From NCBI GenBank assembly GCA_964510165.1, contig CAZEBC010000078.1, positions 1 through 17,050 on the forward strand: a DNA stretch of 17,050 nucleotides, in the 5' to 3' direction. Position numbers and translations under genes: made by a program. Shown here in pieces: positions 8,506 through 15,559 of the stretch; position 1 is the first letter of the stretch; every line of letters begins with the position of its first letter. Source of the DNA: an uncultured bacterium (lineage in GTDB: Bacteria > Abyssobacteria > SURF-5). The notes under the pieces were generated by a model. It searched no databases. It worked only from the letters and a program-made list of their open reading frames with translations, and was not told the DNA's origin.

Positions 8506-9990
8506 ATGAAGAGGCAGGATTTACGGAGCCTCAACGGCGCCGGCAGGGTGCTGGTCGTCGGCCACAACCGGCGAAGCTTATCGCAAGTCAAAAAATTACT
8601 TATCGAATCGGCTAGGAAGCGTGGCGGCGCCCTTGAGATTCTGAGCTGCGCCGATATCGAGTCCGCCCACGATTACCTTACTTACTACCTCAACGGAATC
8701 CTCTTGGTCTTCCCAGGCGAAGGCGCCTATCCGATAATGCCCGCGCTGAAAAAGCTCAGGCAGGATTACAGCGGACGCATCGGACTCATCAACGACGACC
8801 AATCCGTCCAGCCTTACACTTGGGGCCGCGTCGGCGGCGTTGACTTTCATTCCAGCAGAATACAAGGTTGCGAGAAGTTCGCCGATATGCTCCTCGCCCC
8901 AAGGCGCGGCAAAGGAAAAACCGCCCTTCTGCTCGAGGGCGGCGGCATACTCGGAGGATTCACCGAGTTCGGCGCCGTCAGGGCGCTCTACGATTTCGGC
9001 ATCCGCAACTTCGATATCTACATGGGAATAAGCGCCGGCGCGTTTGTGGCCGCGTGCGCCGCAAACAAGATACCCTTCAGGATGATGCTCGAGCGGCGCT
9101 CCCTGGAGTGGGCGCAGGTGTATTACCCGAATGTGAAGGAATTTCTAGAAAAAGTGGCCGGCTTCGTGCCCAACCTCTACCGCGGCCTCACCAAATTCTG
9201 GAATGAGCCCAACAAGGATATCCCGCTCTTCCTCTCCAGCTTCTTCGTGACGAGCCTGCTCTCCTCGAAACGGATTCGGCGATTCCTTGAAACCGTGCTC
9301 GAAGAAGCCCAGGGGACCAACAGCTTCTCGGAACTGAGGGAGCGGGGCACCGAGCTCTACATAATAGCCACCGACCTCGACACCACCGAGCGACGCGTGT
9401 TCGGGGAGGTCGGCGACATGGAAGTGCCCATCTCGCAGGCCGTCGAGGCCTCCATCGCGCTCCCTCTCACCTACAGCCCCGTCAAGATTGACGACCGCTA
9501 CTACATAGACGGCGGAATATGCAACGCATCCAACCTCGACATCGCCGTTGACCACGGCGCCGACCTCATCATCTGCGTCAACCCGCTGGTCCCGTTCGTC
9601 AGCAAAAAGCGCGGCCTGCTCAAGAACCTCGGCCCGCTCGGCATCCTCGAGCAGTCCTACCGCAGCATCCTCCACCAGATTCTGCTCCGAAAGATCGAGC
9701 GCTACAAAATGCAGAACCCGAAGGTCACCACCATTCTGATTGAGCCCGACCCCGAAGACCCCACCATGTTCCACAACCCACTGAACGCCTCCCGAAAACT
9801 GGTGGACCTCGCGCTTGTCCACGGCTATAAGTCGGCCCGCACCGCCATCGAGAGCCAGTTCGACTTCATACAGCGCTCCTTCATGTACCACGGCGTCGAA
9901 ATCCATCGCGAACTCGTCGACGAAAAGCTGGAGAAGGCCGAACTCTCCCGCCTCTCCGAAAAATCCCGCAAAGTCATGACCGAGGAATAG
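8506..9990 (+). CDS. patatin-like phospholipase with N-terminal receiver-like domain
   Basis: RBS AGGAG before the ATG at 8506; ALLLEGGGILG oxyanion loop, GISAG nucleophile, ASIALP, YIDGG catalytic Asp; N-terminal ~125 aa alternate beta/alpha like a REC domain. Confidence 0.85.
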   Translation: MKRQDLRSLNGAGRVLVVGHNRRSLSQVKKLLIESARKRGGALEILSCADIESAHDYLTYYLNGILLVFPGEGAYPIMPALKKLRQDYSGRIGLINDDQSVQPYTWGRVGGVDFHSSRIQGCEKFADMLLAPRRGKGKTALLLEGGGILGGFTEFGAVRALYDFGIRNFDIYMGISAGAFVAACAANKIPFRMMLERRSLEWAQVYYPNVKEFLEKVAGFVPNLYRGLTKFWNEPNKDIPLFLSSFFVTSLLSSKRIRRFLETVLEEAQGTNSFSELRERGTELYIIATDLDTTERRVFGEVGDMEVPISQAVEASIALPLTYSPVKIDDRYYIDGGICNASNLDIAVDHGADLIICVNPLVPFVSKKRGLLKNLGPLGILEQSYRSILHQILLRKIERYKMQNPKVTTILIEPDPEDPTMFHNPLNASRKLVDLALVHGYKSARTAIESQFDFIQRSFMYHGVEIHRELVDEKLEKAELSRLSEKSRKVMTEE

Positions 9991-10064
9991 CCCTCGCTCA
10001 CCCCGCGAGCGCCCCTCACGCCCTACTTGTCCGTGTCCGTCGGTGCTTGCATAGTGCAAAAATC

Positions 10065-10097
10065 GTCCACCCTGTCCACTACGTCCACTATGTCCAC
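10065..10097. repeat. tandem 9-bp-period repeat, GTCCACnnn x4
   Basis: GTCCAC at 10065, 10074, 10083, 10092. Confidence 0.9.
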
Positions 10098-10140
10098 AGC
10101 CGCCCGCTCCCGCCGTCTGCAATAATACCGTTACCGCTGA

Positions 10141-10169
10141 CTCTTCGTGGTGCTTCGTTCTCTTCGTGG
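10141..10169. repeat. short tandem repeat, CTTCGT core x3
   Basis: CTTCGT at 10143, 10153, 10162; CTCTTCGTGG occurs twice. Confidence 0.8.
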
Positions 10170-10193
10170 ATAAGTTTTCTGAACTTGAAACCA

Positions 10194-10336
10194 ATGAATG
10201 ACCTCCTCCGCCTCATTGAACACTTCGAACGCAACATAACCTTCTATCGCTCGCCCGCCTGCAAAGAAACCCAACTTGCAGCGACTTCATCAACCCATTC
10301 TTCGAAGCGCTCGGGGGGGAATCAGCGAAAACATGA
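10194..10336 (+). pseudogene. frameshifted N-terminal remnant of a type IIG/IIL (Eco57I-like) restriction-modification enzyme
   Basis: MNDLLRLIEHFERNITFYRSPACKETQL, then after restoring 1 nt near 10278: (R)SDFINPFFEALG; resembles the recalled family N-terminus L.E.F.RN...Y.S..Y.ETQLR.EFI.PFF.ALGWD; stop at 10334-10336. Confidence 0.7.
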
Positions 10337-10399
10337 ATAATCTGCGGATAGGAACGTCCGTGGCGCGTGGCGCGCGGGTAATTTAATGTAAGCCGGATT

Positions 10400-10428
10400 T
10401 TGCATTTGCGGGCGGGATGCTGTATAAT
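10400..10428 (+). promoter_or_regulatory. sigma70-type promoter for the pckA leader
   Basis: TTGCAT (10400-10405), 17-nt spacer, TATAAT (10423-10428). Confidence 0.8.
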
Positions 10429-10435
10429 CTTTCGC

Positions 10436-10631
10436 GAGGTTGCAGCACGGAAACATCACTCAGGTCAGTGCACACTGTGAAGGCGCAGGGCCGCAGGGCC
10501 ATGGACCGAAGAACCCAAATCCCTGGTTGCGTTGTAACACGAACGCGTCACACGACTCCGTGACGGCGCCCGCCCCAGCAATCCGAACCTCTCTCTGATT
10601 TCAGGCGAAACTCGACGGGAGAAACAGACAC
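10436..10631 (+). ncRNA. candidate cis-regulatory RNA leader (c-di-GMP-I/GEMM-like variant)
   Basis: About 195-nt 5' UTR with several stems; core GCACAC-TGTG-AAGG-CGCA-GGGCCGCAGGGCC...CTGGTTGC resembles GEMM-I; TCTCTC (10590-10595) can pair with RBS GGGAGA (10617-10622). Confidence 0.4.
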
Positions 10632-12227
10632 ATGAACTTTACCATCGAACGATTCATAGAAACCGCACAGCGCATCTTCGAGCGTGCGCGCGCCGAGAAC
10701 CGGCTGACCCATAATCCCGATCCCGCCGAATTGAAGCGCATGGTCGAGAATGAAGAGGGTTTGACCATCTCGGCCTACGGGAACTACTGCGTGGATTCCG
10801 AGCCGAATTCGCGCGCGGCCCAGTTCACAAAGGACAACATAGATGACCGATTCGGCGAGGCCGAGGAGAAACTGCTCCAGCAATGCGAGCAGGTTCTCTC
10901 GCGCGAGAGGCTTGTCAGCCTCGACCTGCTGGTCGGCGACGGCTCCCTCGGCACAACGGCGCGGGCGATTGTCCCCGAACGCTTCGCCCATCTGGTGTAC
11001 GCGGGCGAGAATCAGTTTGGCCGCGTGAACGGAGGCGCACACGTTCCGACGTACACCGTCATCTTCTTCACCGATGAGCAATTCGAACTTAACCGGAAGA
11101 AGCCGCTGCCCTCGAAGGACATTACCATTCGGCTCGCATATCTGCCGGATGGCCGGATGGTCAAGATCGTCCGCAACAGCAACTACTTCGGCGAATTGAA
11201 GAAGGGGATTTTCGCGGCGGAAGACTGGGCGGCCAAGGCCAAGGGGCGCGGCATCTTCCTGCATGCGGGCTGCCGGTCCGACTATCTCCAGCAGGCGCAC
11301 GGCGGATATCAATGGGTGCGCTCATTGATGGTCGCCCTGTCGGCAAACGGCAAGACAACCACCACCAGCCGCGTGCTCGCTTGGAAAGACCACGAGGAGT
11401 CTTGGCTAATTCAGGATGACGGCGGAACACTCCTGCCGGACGGCTCGTTCCACGGGTTCGAGGCGGGCGGCATCTTCGTCAAGACCGACGGACTGAATCC
11501 CCGCGACCAGCGCGAGACCTATTATGGCGCGCTCAAGCCAGCGACTTTTTATGAAAACGTGTGGCTGGACCCGGACGGGACCTTCGATTTCTACAATTCG
11601 GACAAGACATCGAATGGCAGGGCCATTATCGTGCGGCGCGACTTCATGCACGCGAGCAACCGCATCAGCGTGGACGGCGTGGACAACCTGATCCTGATCA
11701 CGCGCGGACCGACCATCCCGGCAATCTGCCGTCTGAACGCGGAGCAGGCGGCGGCCTTCATGGTGCTTGGCCAGGCGATGCAGTCATCGGCGGGCGACCC
11801 GACGCAGGCGGGCAAGATCATCAGCGAGTTCTTCTACGACCCGTTCATGGTGGGCAACAAGGCCGAGCACGCGAACATCTTCTACGAGATCATAAAGAAT
11901 CTCAAGCATCTGCGGTGTTTCCTGATCAATACGGGCGGCGTCGGCGAAGGCAGACGCTACCACGACATCACGCTGAATGACACGATGGGAATCCTGGACT
12001 CACTGTGTCGGGGCGGATTGGAGGACTGGGAGATGGACCCGGATATCGGGTTTGAAGTGCCGAAGGCGATCCGGATGGTGGACCCGATCCTGATCCATCC
12101 GAGAAAGCTGTACTCGACCGACCATTTCGCCGAGCATCAGGAGAGACTGCGAAAGGCGAGGACCGAGGCGATCGAGGCGGTCGGCCCCGGCCTGCACCCC
12201 GCGGTACGGAAGGTGTTCTTGTCGTAG
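10632..12227 (+). CDS. pckA: phosphoenolpyruvate carboxykinase (ATP), divergent type
   Basis: YFGELKKG, LHAG, P-loop LSANGKTT, LIQDD, FEAGGIFVKT, ENV, TSNGR, FLINTG align in order with the ATP-PEPCK motifs. Confidence 0.82.
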   Translation: MNFTIERFIETAQRIFERARAENRLTHNPDPAELKRMVENEEGLTISAYGNYCVDSEPNSRAAQFTKDNIDDRFGEAEEKLLQQCEQVLSRERLVSLDLLVGDGSLGTTARAIVPERFAHLVYAGENQFGRVNGGAHVPTYTVIFFTDEQFELNRKKPLPSKDITIRLAYLPDGRMVKIVRNSNYFGELKKGIFAAEDWAAKAKGRGIFLHAGCRSDYLQQAHGGYQWVRSLMVALSANGKTTTTSRVLAWKDHEESWLIQDDGGTLLPDGSFHGFEAGGIFVKTDGLNPRDQRETYYGALKPATFYENVWLDPDGTFDFYNSDKTSNGRAIIVRRDFMHASNRISVDGVDNLILITRGPTIPAICRLNAEQAAAFMVLGQAMQSSAGDPTQAGKIISEFFYDPFMVGNKAEHANIFYEIIKNLKHLRCFLINTGGVGEGRRYHDITLNDTMGILDSLCRGGLEDWEMDPDIGFEVPKAIRMVDPILIHPRKLYSTDHFAEHQERLRKARTEAIEAVGPGLHPAVRKVFLS

Positions 12228-12230
12228 CAA

Positions 12231-12292
12231 GGTTATTCGGGAACACCGTGCCGCATGGTGTCTCCGAATAACCCGCGTGTCCCCAAATAACC
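12231..12292. repeat. REP-like long palindrome plus a partial third copy
   Basis: GGTTATTCGGGAACACC (12231-12247) / GGTGTCTCCGAATAACC (12257-12273) inverted repeat; GTGTCCCCAAATAACC (12277-12292) is a direct copy of the right arm with 2 mismatches. Confidence 0.75.
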
Positions 12293-12294
12293 AA

Positions 12295-12338
12295 GCCGGG
12301 AAACCGCACTTGCGGCTCCCGGCCATTTCTTTTCTTCT
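12295..12338 (+). terminator. intrinsic terminator between convergent pckA and groEL
   Basis: GCCGGGA..CCGC-actt-GCGG..TCCCGGC stem followed by the T-rich ATTTCTTTTCTTCT. Confidence 0.75.
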
Positions 12339-12353
12339 CCAGCCCCAACGTGC

Positions 12354-13982
12354 TCAATACATAGCGGGGCCATGCTTGGGCATGGGCGGGGTCTTCTTCT
12401 TTTTTTCCTCTTTCTCCGAGATCAGGGTTTCGGTGGTGAGCATAATCCCGGCGATGCTGGCCGCATTCTGGAGGGCGGTCAGCGCGACCTTCGTCGGGTC
12501 CATGATGCCGCTCTGGAGCAAATTCTCGTACTTCAGCGTGACCGCATTGAACCCGTACTCGTGCGTTTTCTTGGCCAGGATGTTCTGGACCACCACGGAG
12601 CCGTCCTCACCGGCGTTGCGAGCGATGGTGCGGGCCGGCTCCTCCAGCGCGCGCTTGAGCACCATCGCGCCCGCCTTCTCGTCGCCCTCAAGGCCGAGGG
12701 TGTCAACCACGGTTGTCGCGCGCAGCAGGGTGACTCCTCCGCCGGGCACGATGCCTTCCTCGACTGCCGCCTTGGTGGCGGAGACCGCGTCTTCCACGCG
12801 GGCCTTGCGCTCCTTCAGTTCCACCTCGGTGGCCGCGCCGACGTTGATGACGGCCACTCCGCCGGCAAGCTTTGCCAGCCGCTCCTGTAGTTTCTCGCGG
12901 TCGTAATCGGAGGTGCTCTCCTCGATCTGCTTGCGGATGAGCGAGACTCTGCCGTCAATCTCCTTCTTCTTTCCGGCGCCCTCAACGATGGTGGTGTTTT
13001 CCTTGTCGATGACTGCTCGTCTGCACGTGCCGAGCATATCCATCGAGACGCTTTCGAGCTTCAGGCCGAGTTCTTCGGCGATGACCTGACCGCCCGTGAG
13101 GATCGCAATATCCTCAAGCATCGCCTTGCGGCGGTCACCGAAGCCGGGGGCCTTGACCGCGCACACCTTCAGGGTGCCACGCAGCTTGTTCACGACGAGG
13201 GTGGCGAGCGCCTCGCCCTCGACGTCCTCGGCGATGATAAGCAGGTTCTTTCCGGTCTGCGCGATTCGTTCGAGCAGAGGCAGGACGTCCTTTATGGACG
13301 AGATCTTCTTGTCATGGAGCAGGATGACGGGGTTATCGAGAACGACTTCCATGCGGTTGGGATCGGTCATGAAATACGGCGAAATATACCCGCGGTCAAA
13401 CTGCATTCCCTCAACGATAGTGAGGTTGCTCTCGAGGGTCTTGGCTTCCTCAACGGTGATGACGCCGTCTTTGCCCACTTTCTCCATCGCTTCGGCGATC
13501 ATCTGGCCGATCTGCGCGTCGTTGTTGGCGGAAATCGTGGCCACTTGCGCGATCTCATTGGGCTTCTTGATTGACTTGCTGTGGCTCTTGATCTCGGCGA
13601 TAACCGCCTCGACCGACTTGTCGATGCCCCGCTTGATGGCCATGCCGTCGGCGCCCGAGGCCAGGATGGTCATTCCGCCGCGAATCATGGAATGAGCGAG
13701 CACAGTCGCGGTGGTGGTGCCGTCGCCGGAGTCGTCCTGCGTCTTGGTGGCGACTTCCCTGAGCAGACGAGCGCCCATGTTTTCAAAATGGTCCTCGAGA
13801 TCTATGTCTTTGGCAATGGTGACGCCGTCATTAATAATGGCCGGCGCTCCGAACTTCTTGTCGAGGATCACATATCTGCCGCGCGGCCCGAGCGTGATGC
13901 CGACCGCCTTGGCGAGTTTGTCCGCCCCTTTCAGCAGGGCTTGTCGTGCCTGTTCATCAAACAGCAGTTCCTTCGCTGGCAT
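12354..13982 (-). CDS. groL: chaperonin GroEL
   Basis: [74 protein letters not shown]. Confidence 0.98.
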   Translation of the reverse strand: MPAKELLFDEQARQALLKGADKLAKAVGITLGPRGRYVILDKKFGAPAIINDGVTIAKDIDLEDHFENMGARLLREVATKTQDDSGDGTTTATVLAHSMIRGGMTILASGADGMAIKRGIDKSVEAVIAEIKSHSKSIKKPNEIAQVATISANNDAQIGQMIAEAMEKVGKDGVITVEEAKTLESNLTIVEGMQFDRGYISPYFMTDPNRMEVVLDNPVILLHDKKISSIKDVLPLLERIAQTGKNLLIIAEDVEGEALATLVVNKLRGTLKVCAVKAPGFGDRRKAMLEDIAILTGGQVIAEELGLKLESVSMDMLGTCRRAVIDKENTTIVEGAGKKKEIDGRVSLIRKQIEESTSDYDREKLQERLAKLAGGVAVINVGAATEVELKERKARVEDAVSATKAAVEEGIVPGGGVTLLRATTVVDTLGLEGDEKAGAMVLKRALEEPARTIARNAGEDGSVVVQNILAKKTHEYGFNAVTLKYENLLQSGIMDPTKVALTALQNAASIAGIMLTTETLISEKEEKKKKTPPMPKHGPAMY

Positions 13983-14000
13983 AGGACCTCCATGGTTTCG

Positions 14001-14291
14001 TTAATCTTCGAGGATGGCAAGGATATCCTTCTCGCTCACGATAAGATATTCTTCGCCCTCGATCTTGACTTCGTTCCCAGCGTACTTGCTGAACAGAACC
14101 TTGTCGCCTTTCTTCACACTCATCGGGGCGGCGTCGCCCTTCTTGAGGCGCTTGCCCGCGCCGACCTCGATGACCTTGCCCTGCTGTGGTTTTTCCTTTG
14201 CGGTGTCGGGCAGAAACAGACCGCCGACCGTCTTGGTCTCGGCCTCGAGGACTTGGAGTAAGACGTTGTCTTTAAGAGGTTTGAATTTCAT
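14001..14291 (-). CDS. groS: co-chaperonin GroES
   Basis: [57 protein letters not shown]. Confidence 0.98.
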   Translation of the reverse strand: MKFKPLKDNVLLQVLEAETKTVGGLFLPDTAKEKPQQGKVIEVGAGKRLKKGDAAPMSVKKGDKVLFSKYAGNEVKIEGEEYLIVSEKDILAILED

Positions 14292-14358
14292 TTTCTTGCA
14301 TTCCCTCCTTCTTATAGAGTGATCTGCTGCGAGTTCGGTCTTGACCTTACCATCAATG

Positions 14359-14385
14359 CTAGCACTCTCCTCGAAAGAGTGCTAA
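14359..14385 (-). promoter_or_regulatory. CIRCE element (HrcA operator)
   Basis: - strand TTAGCACTC-tttcgagga-GAGTGCTAG, 1 mismatch from TTAGCACTC-N9-GAGTGCTAA, directly upstream of groES. Confidence 0.95.
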
Positions 14386-14393
14386 CGGAGGAA

Positions 14394-14422
14394 ATGATAC
14401 CCAAATGACCCTTCAAAATCAA
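14394..14422 (-). promoter_or_regulatory. groESL promoter
   Basis: - strand TTGATT (14417-14422), 17-nt spacer, TATCAT (14394-14399), just upstream of CIRCE. Confidence 0.7.
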
Positions 14423-14444
14423 CAACCAGACTTGCCCAATAGCG

Positions 14445-14707
14445 GGAAAATACGCTATATTTTGCCATATTATACCTAAATTCGTAGAATTGCGCCGTGT
14501 TTCGCATCGAGCGAAGCGTGTACACTGTAATCGTTGAGATTCCCGCATGTTCCGCCAGGTTCTTGGTTATCCACAACCGTGTCCACAGGAAGCACACATG
14601 GGACATCGCTGGATCGCTATGGCATCGTAACATATTTTATGGCAATAACTTATGAGTGCAGAATTTTCATGAGCAGGGCATCCGGAATGTGGACAAGTTG
14701 TGGATTA
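14445..14707. other. DnaA-box cluster, candidate chromosomal replication origin (oriC)
   Basis: TTATCCACA 14567-14575 (perfect), GTGTCCACA 14579-14587, reverse TTGTCCACA 14688-14696, reverse TAATCCACA 14699-14707; AT-rich tracts at about 14447-14492 and 14628-14653. Confidence 0.65.
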
Positions 14708-15559
14708 TTCGCGACCCCGGCTCGCGAGAGATGCCAGTCGGGCAAACTGTTTGACCGAAACGGTCTCGGCACGGCAGTCGGGTGAGATGTCGCTTTGCAT
14801 CAGTATTTCGAGGAGGCGCTCTCTTCCGAGCGACAGAAAATTTTCGGGCGAAAGCGCGTTTATCAGCTTCTTGCGTCTTTGGGCGAATGCGACGCTCACG
14901 ATTCTGAAGAACATCTTTCGCTCTGCCTCAGTGAGCGGGACGTCGCGGACGGGAAGGTGCACGATGGCGGATTCGACCTTGGGCTTTGGGCGAAAGCAGT
15001 TGGGCGAGACAATGTGGGCGACATATGGCTCGGAGTAAAGTTGGCAGGATATCGAGAGGATGCCGTAGTCCTTTGTGCCGGGCTGGGCGACGATGCGTTC
15101 TGCAACTTCTCTCTGGACCATGACGGTGAGCGAGTTGAAGCGAGTCTTGCCTTCGAGGAAATGGGTCAATATGGGCGACGTGATGTAGTACGGAAGATTG
15201 GAGACCATCTTCAGATTCTCGGCGTCCGGCAGGAATCGCTCGATCAGCTCTTCTACGGGATGATTGAGCACGTCGCCGATGAATATCTTAATGCGAGGGT
15301 TGTCGCCGAATCGTTCCTTCAGGGCTGGCTCGAAGCTGCGGTCGATCTCGACAGTGAACACCTCTCGGGCGCGCTGTGCGAGCACCTGGGTGAGGTCGCC
15401 GATGCCGGCTCCGACCTCGAAGACTGAATCATCGGGGCCGACCCCGGCGACATCGGCCATTTTGCGGTTGATGTTCGGGTCGAGGAGCAGGTTCTGGCCG
15501 AGGCCCTTTTTGAGCTTGATGTTGTATTTTCGGATGAGATCGAATGAATTAAGAGTCAT
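14705..15559 (-). CDS. rsmA: 16S rRNA adenine dimethyltransferase RsmA/KsgA
   Basis: KKGLGQNLL, EVGAGIG, VEID, SNLPYYIT, MVQREVAERI, F.PKPKVESA, FAQRRKKL. Confidence 0.96.
   Translation of the reverse strand: MTLNSFDLIRKYNIKLKKGLGQNLLLDPNINRKMADVAGVGPDDSVFEVGAGIGDLTQVLAQRAREVFTVEIDRSFEPALKERFGDNPRIKIFIGDVLNHPVEELIERFLPDAENLKMVSNLPYYITSPILTHFLEGKTRFNSLTVMVQREVAERIVAQPGTKDYGILSISCQLYSEPYVAHIVSPNCFRPKPKVESAIVHLPVRDVPLTEAERKMFFRIVSVAFAQRRKKLINALSPENFLSLGRERLLEILMQSDISPDCRAETVSVKQFARLASLASRGRE

Noticed and set aside
10065-10169. CRISPR array, or DnaA boxes (ATGTCCACA, reverse TTATCCACG at 10165-10173)
   Set aside because: Units are 9-10 bp with no spacers and no cas genes; the box-like words are by-products of the repeats
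10047-10340. 97-aa ORF with HPVHYVHYVH repeat as a real protein
   Set aside because: The His/Val repeat is a translation of the 9-bp DNA repeat, and the 3' part is the frameshifted R-M remnant
10436-10600. 6S RNA or c-di-AMP (ydaO) riboswitch
   Set aside because: Ends can pair (GAGGTT/AACCTC), but I could not find the conserved 6S central-bubble motifs or the ydaO 5' motifs, and no terminator separates it from pckA
14450-14650. dif-like Xer site (ATATTATACCTAAAT; reverse GCCATAAAATATGTTACG)
   Set aside because: Neither has two 11-bp arms around a 6-bp core, and dif would not be expected beside DnaA boxes
14312-14785. Small ORFs in the groES-rsmA spacer
   Set aside because: No recognisable motifs; they overlap CIRCE, the promoter and the DnaA boxes
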